Of a DNA stretch of 29,681 nt, positions 8,558 through 17,096 are shown piece after piece (the stretch's first letter is position 1; every line of letters starts with the position of its first letter). The notes under the pieces were generated by a model that was not told where the DNA came from, ran no database searches, and saw nothing but the letters and a program-made list of their open reading frames with translations. Origin of the DNA: Prochloraceae cyanobacterium (GTDB lineage: Bacteria > Cyanobacteriota > Cyanobacteriia > Cyanobacteriales > JASJDA01); contig JASJCW010000031.1 of NCBI GenBank assembly GCA_030065265.1, positions 1 to 29,681 of the forward strand, given 5' to 3'. The translations under genes and the position numbers were made by a program.

Positions 8558-10063
8558 CTACTCGCTCCAATTTTTTGCCCTTTCTACGGCTTTTTGCCAA
8601 ATGCGATAACTATCCTCAATGCGATCGCGACCGCCTTTTGCCGGCTCGAAAACGCGATCGATCTTGCGAGTCGAAATTAAAGCACCGTAATCGTCCCAAA
8701 AACCGACAGCTAAACCAGCACCAAAAGCAGCACCTTGCGCGGTAGCATCCAAAATAGCCGGACGCTCGACGGGAATACCTAAAGCATCAGCTTGAAACTG
8801 CATTAAAAAATTATTTTGAGAAGCACCACCATCAACTTTTAAACGAGCCACAGAAAAATCGCTATCTCGGTTAGCCGCTTCAACAACCTCTTTAACCCGA
8901 TAGGCGATCGCTTCTAAAACAGCTCTGACGGCATGTTCTCGCTTCACTCCCCCAGTAAGACCTAAAAAAGCACCTCGAGCGTTAGTATCCCAGTGTGGCG
9001 CGCCCAAACCGCTCAATGCAGGGACAAAATAGACCCCATTCGTATCTTCGACGCTGCTGGCTAAATCTTCCGTTTCTGGCGCGCTGGCAATTATTTTCAA
9101 GCCATCTCGCAACCATTGTATCGATGCACCCGTAGTGAAGATCGCACCTTCTAAAGCGTAATTAGTCGAATCAGGTTGCGTCCAAGCAACGGTAGAGAGC
9201 AGTTTTTGGGACGAGCGAGTTAAATTGAGTCCGGTTTGTACGATTAAAAAAGAACCAGTGCCGTAGGTGCATTTTAACAAGCCCGGGCGATCGCACCCAT
9301 GAGCGAATAAAGCCGACTGCTGGTCGCCAAATATTGCCGTAATCGGAATTTCTGCATCCAATAGTTGGGGATCGGTCTTGCCGAAACTGCCCATACTGTG
9401 TTTGATTTCCGGCATCATCTGGGTGGGAATGGCAAATAAATCCAATAATCGGCGATCCCATTCTAAAGTGGCTAAATTCATTAGCATAGTCCGACTTGCG
9501 TTACTATGGTCGGTGGCATGTACTTGACCGCCAGTCAAATTCCACAAAATCCAACTATCGATCGTCCCAGCAATTACATTATCTAAATCGATCGCCGGTC
9601 TTTCTTGCTTGACCCAATTTAGCAACCAAGTCAGTTTAGTTGCCGAAAAATAAGGATCGAGAATTAATCCCGTAATTTCTTGAATTTCTTTATCTTTGCC
9701 TTTTGCTGCTAAATCGCGACACATTGAAGCAGTACGACGATCTTGCCAGACGATCGCCTTGTGCAAAGGTTCTCCTGTTGTTTTGTCCCATAACAAACAA
9801 GTTTCTCTTTGAACTGTCAAACCGATTGCAGCAATTTCTCGAGCCGAAATCTTGGTATTTTGCAAAACTAATTCGATTACAGTGCGAGTATCTTGCCAAA
9901 TTTCCCGCGCGTCGTGTTCGAGCCAGCCGGGTTGGGGATAATATTGAGTTAATTCTTTGTAAGCTTGGCCGACAATATTGCCGCTGCGATCGAATAAAAT
10001 TGCTCTATTTCCTGTCGTACCTAAATCTATTGCTAGAACGTATTTATAAGTATTGTTTGTCAT
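8558..10063 (-). CDS. glpK: Glycerol kinase
   Basis: N-terminal YVLAIDLGTTGNRAILFD matches the FGGY-kinase / GlpK signature, as do the internal GLTVQRET, ALEGAIFTTGASIQWLRDGL and GGASQNNFLMQFQADALGIPVERP motifs. The ORF-track start at 10111 adds 16 non-conserved residues. The internal ATG at 10061-10063 (MTNNTYKYVLAIDLG) is the likely start. Confidence 0.9.
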   Translation of the reverse strand: MTNNTYKYVLAIDLGTTGNRAILFDRSGNIVGQAYKELTQYYPQPGWLEHDAREIWQDTRTVIELVLQNTKISAREIAAIGLTVQRETCLLWDKTTGEPLHKAIVWQDRRTASMCRDLAAKGKDKEIQEITGLILDPYFSATKLTWLLNWVKQERPAIDLDNVIAGTIDSWILWNLTGGQVHATDHSNASRTMLMNLATLEWDRRLLDLFAIPTQMMPEIKHSMGSFGKTDPQLLDAEIPITAIFGDQQSALFAHGCDRPGLLKCTYGTGSFLIVQTGLNLTRSSQKLLSTVAWTQPDSTNYALEGAIFTTGASIQWLRDGLKIIASAPETEDLASSVEDTNGVYFVPALSGLGAPHWDTNARGAFLGLTGGVKREHAVRAVLEAIAYRVKEVVEAANRDSDFSVARLKVDGGASQNNFLMQFQADALGIPVERPAILDATAQGAAFGAGLAVGFWDDYGALISTRKIDRVFEPAKGGRDRIEDSYRIWQKAVERAKNWSE

Positions 10064-10213
10064 AGTAGGGAACGGGTCAAAATAATAAATTGAACTGCAA
10101 TTATAGAGCAAGTCGCGAGTAAAATTCCGAGGAGAAAATCTTACTTAAATTAATTTAAAATTCAAGATTTTTTTACTCTTTATTCAAAAAATTTTACTCT
10201 CTTGATGCTCTAT

Positions 10214-12721
10214 TTAATCTTCCGATTTTTGAATCGGTTTTAATAATAAAGCTTGACTGTTAGCTAAATTAAAACAACGCAGATCTGCTAAATTATTATT
10301 ATCATTTAGTCCTACAGAAGCAAGATCGACAGTCCATTCTGACATATCCAGTTGCAACCAGTCCCCTAAAGTAATTTCAAAAGGCTCGCCTTCGAGATGG
10401 GCTACCATTGCGATTTGTTCGGTAGGATTTTCTGGATTAGAGCGAATCCCGTAAAAAATCGTGCGATCGCCTTCACTAATTTTATTAAAACGATCTGTTG
10501 CTTTGAGATTCCCATTCAACCAGGAGCGATCGCGACGAAATTGTCGCAATTTAAGATTGAATTCCGTATTGTCAGGATTGAGATCTTCTAAGTAATGGGA
10601 AACATTGCAAACTTCATAGCAATCTTCCATAAACATTTGGGCAAATTTTTTAAATCTTTCTACATTTAGCTTGCGAATGTAACTGATAATTTCAGGAGTA
10701 TCCAGAAATTTCATGAAGAAAAGATCGGTATCGGAAATATCAATGCGATCGTTTTTAATTAAACTGTGAAAAGTTTGAATTACCTCTAAGAGATCGTAAT
10801 TTCTTTCTAATATGGTTTCTTCTAAAAACCTACCAAAAGCCCGCAACTGTTCTAAAGTTTTAAAACCGAGAGATTTGACCCGAGGAAAAACCCATTCTCG
10901 ATCGTAAAATTCCGGGCTAATTTGCCAATCTAAAAAGCCCATTTCTTCGGAAATAACTTTAACACCGTAGCGATCGTCAGTATTGCGAAAAAACATCCAG
11001 GGCGATCTGGTAGTACAATTAATAAAATCCATCGGCAAACCCGGAGAAAAACCGTAAACCCACAAAGTGACGGCTTGATTGTCGTAGGCATGGCGAATTA
11101 CTTCAGTTAAATTTTCCCCCAATCGCCAGTTGATTGGCTTGCTAGGATCTACTTGAGAACCGCGTCTGAGGGTATCGTGATTGCCGCAACCAGTGATCCA
11201 GCGATCGCCCATCTGAATTACTTCGCAGACTCGCCGCCATTTCCGTTCCCAAAAACCAGTCAAAGTGGGGGTATTGTGGGCAAAAATTAGCGGCCCCCAT
11301 TGGTAAGATTCGGGTTTGAGTTCGATTAATTCCCGATAGGTAGATTTTTCTTCCCAACCTTCTTCGGGCCAGGGGCGACCGTCTTCATAAATCGTGAAAA
11401 GCAATCTTTGACAGCCATTTATTTCTTGAACTAAATCGCTCATTGCCAACAAATAGGCATCGTCTTGTTCTACTCTTCCAGATAAAGGATTAAAAAAGCG
11501 GAAATCCTGACCGCCATCGACGCGAATACCATCAGCCCCAGTGTTAATTTTACGACGCTGCAGTTCCAAAAATATCGCCCGCACCGTCGGCAATTGATGG
11601 TTGAGATCTTGCCCGTACATATTCGGGCCTTTAAGATACTGACGGTTAATTAATAATTCGGCTTGATTGTCAGCATGACCGTAAACTAAATCGTAAATGA
11701 TTTGAATCGGGCCCGTAGGAAAATTATGTAAAGTAGCGATAAAATCAATTAGTTCGTCCGGGCGCAGACTTTGTAAAATAGCTGGGTTGGTAGCACTAGA
11801 ACCGAGAATAGGAACGTCGTAGCCCCAATCTTGAGTATTTGGTTTTAATAATTTAATTGGCGATCTGTTGAGGGGAGGAAGTATTCTCGCTTTGCGATCT
11901 GATTCTTTATCAGCAAACAAAAAAAATTCACTTTCTTGCTGGTAATTTTGCCTGTATTCGATCGGCGGTTCGATCGGCAATAACTGTACTGCATCGTAAC
12001 CGACATAACATTCTTCTGCCGGAGTAAGCGGAATATTTTCTCGGATTTTGCGACTGATTTGACGGTAAATTTCCGTTAAACCGGCGATCGTTCCCGATCG
12101 CGAAGCAGTACCGATATGAAGTTGTAAAATAGCAACTGGCGCGCCAACTCGAGGCACTTCTTCATCCCCGTTCGCTCTTGAAGTGCGCCGCAAATATTCC
12201 ATATCTTCCCGATTGGCCTGCAAACTCTCCATATCGTAAAGTTCGGCCGGAGCAAAGATACCGAAAGGTAGAGAATAGGGCATCATATCCCGAATTGTTT
12301 GCAATTGCCCTTTTTGATTGTAGTAGCGCAACCAATAAAAACAACCAGGTCGATCTTTAGTTCCAGCTTGCATCCCTTCGATCGCACCCCAAAAAAATTC
12401 ACCTTGCTGTTTTAAACGCAAACAGTCGCGGCGAAAATGAGTAGTTTGCATCGGCGATCGCCAGTCGATTTCTTCTAAGGGAGTAAAAACTTCTAAATAT
12501 ATATCTCGCGGTCGCATTATTTCCCCAGTTAATTCCGGGGCCCAAAAACCTATTTCAGTCAAACCATTCTGACGGTGGTAGTGCGCACCTAATTTAGTAG
12601 CTAAGGCTTCTGCTCTCTCAAAAACAGTTGCATCGGACTGTTCTATTTCTTTAGCCCAGTCCAATAATTCTTGGGTTGCATCCTCAGCAAGTTTGACAAA
12701 ATCTTTTGTTTCTATAACCAT
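10214..12721 (-). CDS. gghA: GH13-like glycoside hydrolase, candidate glucosylglycerol hydrolase (GghA-like)
   Basis: 835-aa ORF. GYDAVQLLPIEP resembles GH13 region I (GxTHVELLPV). ADGIRVDGGQDF resembles GH13 catalytic region II (DGFRxDAAKH). Its size is close to Synechocystis Slr1670/GghA. It lies directly upstream of glpK on the same strand, as gghA does relative to glpK in Synechocystis. Confidence 0.5.
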   Translation of the reverse strand: MVIETKDFVKLAEDATQELLDWAKEIEQSDATVFERAEALATKLGAHYHRQNGLTEIGFWAPELTGEIMRPRDIYLEVFTPLEEIDWRSPMQTTHFRRDCLRLKQQGEFFWGAIEGMQAGTKDRPGCFYWLRYYNQKGQLQTIRDMMPYSLPFGIFAPAELYDMESLQANREDMEYLRRTSRANGDEEVPRVGAPVAILQLHIGTASRSGTIAGLTEIYRQISRKIRENIPLTPAEECYVGYDAVQLLPIEPPIEYRQNYQQESEFFLFADKESDRKARILPPLNRSPIKLLKPNTQDWGYDVPILGSSATNPAILQSLRPDELIDFIATLHNFPTGPIQIIYDLVYGHADNQAELLINRQYLKGPNMYGQDLNHQLPTVRAIFLELQRRKINTGADGIRVDGGQDFRFFNPLSGRVEQDDAYLLAMSDLVQEINGCQRLLFTIYEDGRPWPEEGWEEKSTYRELIELKPESYQWGPLIFAHNTPTLTGFWERKWRRVCEVIQMGDRWITGCGNHDTLRRGSQVDPSKPINWRLGENLTEVIRHAYDNQAVTLWVYGFSPGLPMDFINCTTRSPWMFFRNTDDRYGVKVISEEMGFLDWQISPEFYDREWVFPRVKSLGFKTLEQLRAFGRFLEETILERNYDLLEVIQTFHSLIKNDRIDISDTDLFFMKFLDTPEIISYIRKLNVERFKKFAQMFMEDCYEVCNVSHYLEDLNPDNTEFNLKLRQFRRDRSWLNGNLKATDRFNKISEGDRTIFYGIRSNPENPTEQIAMVAHLEGEPFEITLGDWLQLDMSEWTVDLASVGLNDNNNLADLRCFNLANSQALLLKPIQKSED

Positions 12722-12847
12722 AATGTTAATACGTTGGAAATATTATTGCTGATTTTTAAACAATACAGCAAAATTAACACTCAATATTTCTTTGGCAAAA
12801 AACCGAACTATGATGGAATTTAGTAAACATTCATAAAATCGTAAATC

Positions 12848-14533
12848 GTGAGAGACTATCAATCAATTAAAAATACAAGCTACGAAGCAATAATTATCGG
12901 TGGAGGGATAAATGGAGCGGGAGTAGCTCGAGATGCTGCTTTAAGAGGATTAAAAACTATTTTAATCGAAAAAAACGATTTTGCTAGTGGTAGTTCTAGT
13001 TGGTCTACTAGATTAGTGCATGGAGGGTTGCGATATCTAGAATATTTTGAATTACCTTTAGTAAGAGAGTCTTTAAAAGAAAGAGAAATTTTATTAAACA
13101 TCGCCCCTCATTTAGTTAAACCTCTTTTATTAACCGTACCAGTTTACGGCGATCGCTCTCGCCCTTATTGGAAAATTTGGGCTGGAATGATTCTGTACGA
13201 TCTTTTTAGCTTTGATAAAACCCTCCCGGGTTATAGAATGCTAAATAAAGCAAAATTTAAGCGGATTTTTCCGACTTTAGATCCTGAAAATTTAAGTGGT
13301 GGAGCGCAATATTACGACGCTCGAGTTGCTCATGCTGAAAGATTGTGTCTTGAAAATATTATTTCAGCTAAAGAAGCCGGTGCAGACGTACTCAATTACG
13401 TCAAAGTAACTCGATTGCACCTTGAAGGGAAGAAAATTACTCATCTTACCTGCAAAGATACCTTGACAGGAGAAGAATTTACAGTTAAAGGCACAGAAGA
13501 TGCAGTGATTGTAAACACTTCAGGCCCTTGGGTAGATGAAGTATGTGGTTCTATTGAAATCGAAGCAACCAAAGCCGACAGTTCCAAGGCGATCGTTCAC
13601 GGTAAAAAAATGGGGCCGACTAAAGGCAGCCATATTGTTGTCGATCCTTTTCCAGGTGCGCCAGAAAGCGGTCTTTACGTTGAAGCTAAATCCGACGGTC
13701 GTCCTTTCTTTATTTTGCCTTGGTTGGGTAAATATTTAATCGGAACTACGGATTTTCCCTATCACAAAGATCTCGAATCGATCAAAGCAGATAACGATGA
13801 AATCGATTATTTATTAACAGAAACAAATAATATTTTACCGACAGCTAATTTATCGCGCCAAGATATTAAATTCACCTATTCTGGAGTGCGTCCTTTACCA
13901 AACGAAGCAGGAAAAAAAGCCGGGAGTATTACTCGCTCTCACATTCTCTTTGACGGAAAAAAAGAAGGGGTATTTAATTTAATTTCTCTAATTGGCGGCA
14001 AACTAACAACCTATCGTCAAGTAGGCGAAGAAATAGTCGATGCGATTTTAAAAAAACAAGGCAAACCAATTTCTAGCTCTAAAACGGCTCTTCAACCTTT
14101 ACCCGGAGCTATTAAAGCCTCTAATCCTCTGATTCAAAAAACTATCGATCTATATCGGGATAAAGTTTCTTTAAACATTATTGCCCATCTCTTTTCTCTT
14201 TACGGAGCTAGAGCTGTCTCAGTTTTAGAATTAACCGAAGAAAATCCTGAATTAGCCGAAACTATTCATCCCGAATTACCAGATATTAAAGCCCAACTCG
14301 TCTATGGAGTCCGAGTTGAATTTGCCCTGAGTTTAGTAGATTTGATTCGCCGTCGCACTGCGATCGCCATGGAGGCTAATTACGGCTTAGATGTACTGAC
14401 AACCTCGATCGAAGTTTTACAAAAATATTGCAATTGGAGCGCAGAACGTTGCGAACTGGCTCGTTCTGAATATATTACTTATATGAAAAACAATTGCATT
14501 CCCGATTTTGAATTAGAGGCAAACTTAATATAG
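12848..14533 (+). CDS. glpD: FAD-dependent glycerol-3-phosphate dehydrogenase
   Basis: YEAIIIGGGINGAGVARDAALRGLKTILIEKNDFASGSSSWSTRLVHGGLRYLE is the classic GlpD N-terminal FAD-binding signature (GGGINGAG...D.A.GTSS.S.KL.HGGLRYLE). 561 aa. Confidence 0.9.
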   Translation: MRDYQSIKNTSYEAIIIGGGINGAGVARDAALRGLKTILIEKNDFASGSSSWSTRLVHGGLRYLEYFELPLVRESLKEREILLNIAPHLVKPLLLTVPVYGDRSRPYWKIWAGMILYDLFSFDKTLPGYRMLNKAKFKRIFPTLDPENLSGGAQYYDARVAHAERLCLENIISAKEAGADVLNYVKVTRLHLEGKKITHLTCKDTLTGEEFTVKGTEDAVIVNTSGPWVDEVCGSIEIEATKADSSKAIVHGKKMGPTKGSHIVVDPFPGAPESGLYVEAKSDGRPFFILPWLGKYLIGTTDFPYHKDLESIKADNDEIDYLLTETNNILPTANLSRQDIKFTYSGVRPLPNEAGKKAGSITRSHILFDGKKEGVFNLISLIGGKLTTYRQVGEEIVDAILKKQGKPISSSKTALQPLPGAIKASNPLIQKTIDLYRDKVSLNIIAHLFSLYGARAVSVLELTEENPELAETIHPELPDIKAQLVYGVRVEFALSLVDLIRRRTAIAMEANYGLDVLTTSIEVLQKYCNWSAERCELARSEYITYMKNNCIPDFELEANLI

Positions 14534-14536
14534 AGA

Positions 14537-16054
14537 TTGAGGATAATGGATAATAATTTTTTTAAGGACTCGTTGGATAAAAAAGTTATCGAACAACGGG
14601 TTAGTGCAATTAGCCAAGCTAAGGTGGGATTTTATAGCATCGGTCTTTATCCGGCCTCTCTTGCTTACAATTCGGCAATGCAAAAAAGCAATAAATCTCT
14701 TCTATTAGCTACCCGGCCGGGAAGATCTCTCCTCGGGGCATTTTCTGAAGAGGAAATTAAAGGAATGGATCCCCGACACCTCGTCAAGATGCGTCGCATG
14801 GCATCCCATAAAGAAAACGGAAAATCCGTACCGAATACTCTAGAATACTTGATCGCAAAGTGCGATTTAATCGTCTTGAGTTCTAATAGTAAATACATCA
14901 AGCAAGATCTCGACCAAGCTTGCAATCTTAGAAAAAAGCTCGGTCGCACTAATGTCGTGCTTTCCTGTCTAGCAGGTTCTTTCAACCACGATGAAGCTAA
15001 TAATGAGTCTTATGTATTGTGCGAAAAATATCCCAATCTGGCCTTTTTCTCTGGATTTCATCGACACGGTTCGTTAAGAGATCCGGTAGATAGTTTTACA
15101 GCTAATTTTTGCCATCCCAATTCTTTAACAGCTTTGATCGGGGCCCACATACTGAATCAACTTTCTCCGAACATTCAAGTTTCTCCTGGAATTCACAATG
15201 TTGAAGCGCAATATTTGAAAGCTGCTAAAAATATGGCATCTATTTTTGCCGGTTTTGGTTATGTTTATCACGAGCAAAATCCAGGGATTCTGCCTACTCT
15301 ATTGACTTTGTTGCTCCATCAATGTTTAGATCAGGCTGCGACCGTTTCTATGTCGCGACAAGATCGCGAAAAGCTTTACACTCAGCAAACCATTGCTTTA
15401 ACGGAGTTAGGTTATGCTATACCGAGAATTGAAGCAGTCTTAAATAAAGGTGGTTTTACCGAAAAAGTTCGCGATCATACTTTTTCTCAATTAACGGCGA
15501 TGGTTGCTGACGTGCGAGGAAGTATGATGCTTCCAGTCACTGGGAAACCTACCAGAAATTTTCAAGCCGGACAAGCTTTAGCCTACGGTATGTCGAAACA
15601 CGGTCGCTGTCCGATCGACGTTAAAGAATTTGAACAGTGGTGTAAAGATGCTGGATTAAATGTCGGATCTTTAGAAGGTTTAAAAGCTTTGAAATACTGG
15701 CCGCAAATCGAAGCAAAATACTCAATTCAAAATCACGATGCTTCAATGGTTAATCTTCTTTATAAGGGATTGTATGGCACTGAAGAAGAAAAAGATTTTG
15801 CTTTTGAAGTGATGACACAAAGTCGAGAATTATCAAATTATTGTCAAGAGTCGGTTCGACATACCCACAGTCGCAAGTATGCAGAAGCCCTTAATCATAT
15901 CGAACAATTAGAAGCACTCGAATTAATTTCAAACGCTATTATTGCCGACAACGCGCGCAAAGCTATTCGCAATAACGATAATCCAATTGAAGAAAGAGAA
16001 TTAAATTCAGATACTCCAGCTTATTTGCGAGCAATTGACTCTATCGAACAATAG
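14537..16054 (+). CDS. Hypothetical protein with a GpsA-like (NAD-dependent G3P dehydrogenase / opine-DH fold) core, degenerate dinucleotide motif, ~120-aa C-terminal extension
   Basis: 505-aa ORF starting 3 nt after the glpD stop. Weak but collinear resemblance to GpsA: KVGFYSIGLYPASLA versus KIAVLGAGSWGTALA (glycines lost), CDLIVLSSNSKYIKQ versus ADLVLFVVPSQAFRE, LSCLAGSF versus VISGPTF, and TGKPTRNFQAGQALAYGMS versus TDNQSRNRRFGMMLGQGMD. Assignment is tentative. Confidence 0.4.
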   Translation: MRIMDNNFFKDSLDKKVIEQRVSAISQAKVGFYSIGLYPASLAYNSAMQKSNKSLLLATRPGRSLLGAFSEEEIKGMDPRHLVKMRRMASHKENGKSVPNTLEYLIAKCDLIVLSSNSKYIKQDLDQACNLRKKLGRTNVVLSCLAGSFNHDEANNESYVLCEKYPNLAFFSGFHRHGSLRDPVDSFTANFCHPNSLTALIGAHILNQLSPNIQVSPGIHNVEAQYLKAAKNMASIFAGFGYVYHEQNPGILPTLLTLLLHQCLDQAATVSMSRQDREKLYTQQTIALTELGYAIPRIEAVLNKGGFTEKVRDHTFSQLTAMVADVRGSMMLPVTGKPTRNFQAGQALAYGMSKHGRCPIDVKEFEQWCKDAGLNVGSLEGLKALKYWPQIEAKYSIQNHDASMVNLLYKGLYGTEEEKDFAFEVMTQSRELSNYCQESVRHTHSRKYAEALNHIEQLEALELISNAIIADNARKAIRNNDNPIEERELNSDTPAYLRAIDSIEQ

Positions 16055-16105
16055 TAAATTTAATTAAATCTAAGATATTTATTTAGTCCCACTTCCTCTG
16101 TAATA

Positions 16106-16177
16106 TTACCCCAAAAGTTTTGGGGTATTTTCTAGATAAAACCCTTCAATTATCAAAGTTTTAATCCCAATTCTGTT
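16106..16177 (-). pseudogene. Relic of a methyltransferase 3' end (degenerate duplicate of the C-terminus of the 17097..17714 gene)
   Basis: Minus-strand translation gives NRIGIKTLIIEGFYLENTPKLLG*. The C-terminus of the adjacent SAM-MTase reads ...KSIIIEEFYVENAPKIMGYYY. Identical or similar at 15 of 18 positions, K[ST][IL]IIE[EG]FY[VL]EN[AT]PK[IL][ML]G, including the stop-proximal position. There is no upstream ORF continuation (stop immediately 5'). Confidence 0.35.
16107..16133 (+). terminator. Rho-independent terminator candidate downstream of the 505-aa ORF
   Basis: TACCCCAAAAG TTTTGGGGTA forms a perfect 9-10-bp inverted repeat (ACCCCAAAA/TTTTGGGGT), followed by TTTTCT. It lies 53 bp after the stop at 16054. 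Confidence 0.5.
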
Positions 16178-16323
16178 TAAAGTTGCTAAACTTCGGTGAT
16201 GAGAGGGAAGAGGCAATAGATTCGGAAAATAGATCTGTAGTATTATTTTAGGGAATTAGTATAAATCGATTTTTAACTACTTTAAAAAAAAGTACAATAA
16301 CATTGCAAAAAAATAGGTATTTT

Positions 16324-17091
16324 TCAAGCATTTTTAATAAAGCGAATAATTTCGCGAACGTTGCCTAAAAATTTACTGTCTTCTGCGAGCTGAGAAATAG
16401 CATTTTTTGCTGCTTCAGATAAGCGTTGATGTTCTCTTTGGTTATCCGCTTTTAATCCTTCTAAATTTGCCCTTAATTTTGCCGTATTTTCGCGAATTTG
16501 TTGCCATTCTCTTTGCTGAATGTTAACTAAGGAACTATCGTTTTTTGGATCTAATTTTTCCGAAATTTTTTGAACGTTATTCTCTAAGAATATCAAGCGA
16601 GATTGCAATTCAATTACATCTTCTCGAGGATATTTGATTTCACGGCGAATTGAAGATATCCTAGCCTCTAGGTACTGATAAAAACTAATCGCAGGACGCA
16701 ATCCAGTTAACAATAAAGCAGCAGCAGAACTAATATAACCGATCGCACTAATTCCGGTAGCTGCTAAAATATAAAGTCCGATCGCCGAAATAAGATGCAA
16801 TGCGATCGCAATTATAATCGACCAACGAGATACCAAAGTAACGTATTCAATTTGTTTGTTATCTACTGTTATTCCTTTTTCTTGCGATGTTTCGCTTTCT
16901 ATTATTACTTGTTTGGCTTCAAAATAGATATTCCAAGGTATAGTTACAATAACTACTAACCACCAAAAACTAGCTATTCCGAAGATCCAATCGATTAAAT
17001 TACCTGCCGGAATGTGAAGCCATTCTAAAATTCCAAATAATAGTAAAACAAGCAAGCCTAATCCTATAGTAAACATTACTGACGCAATCAT
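16324..17091 (-). CDS. Hypothetical membrane protein: 4 predicted TM helices followed by a long coiled-coil C-terminal domain
   Basis: 255-aa ORF. Hydrophobic segments IASVMFTIGLGLLVLLLFGIL, IFGIASFWWLVVIVTIPW, WSIIIAIALHLISAIGLYILAA and IGYISSAAALLLTGL. The C-terminus is rich in heptad-like E/K/Q/L (LQSRLIFLENNVQKISEKL...LRANLEGLKADNQREHQRLSEAAKNAISQLAEDS). Its start lies 5 nt downstream of the MTase stop (operon). Confidence 0.6.
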   Translation of the reverse strand: MIASVMFTIGLGLLVLLLFGILEWLHIPAGNLIDWIFGIASFWWLVVIVTIPWNIYFEAKQVIIESETSQEKGITVDNKQIEYVTLVSRWSIIIAIALHLISAIGLYILAATGISAIGYISSAAALLLTGLRPAISFYQYLEARISSIRREIKYPREDVIELQSRLIFLENNVQKISEKLDPKNDSSLVNIQQREWQQIRENTAKLRANLEGLKADNQREHQRLSEAAKNAISQLAEDSKFLGNVREIIRFIKNA

Positions 17092-17096
17092 ATTTT

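Noticed and set aside
8519-8575. Possible CRISPR-like or mini-satellite repeats (AGCAGTCAGCAG x2, TACTCGC x2)
   Set aside because: Only two copies of very short units, with no spacer architecture and no cas genes. Simple microrepeat.
10064-10111. ORF-track 5' extension of glpK (MLYNCSSIYYFDPFPT...)
   Set aside because: The 16 extra residues are not part of the conserved FGGY N-terminus. The internal ATG at 10061-10063 immediately precedes the conserved YVLAIDLGTTG block. A weak TATAAT at 10100-10105 (minus) would also place the TSS downstream of 10111.
10095-10140. TATAAT -10 box upstream of glpK (minus strand, 10100-10105) as a defined promoter
   Set aside because: No properly spaced -35 element. 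In AT-rich DNA, TATAAT-like hexamers are frequent. Kept only as supporting evidence for the downstream start.
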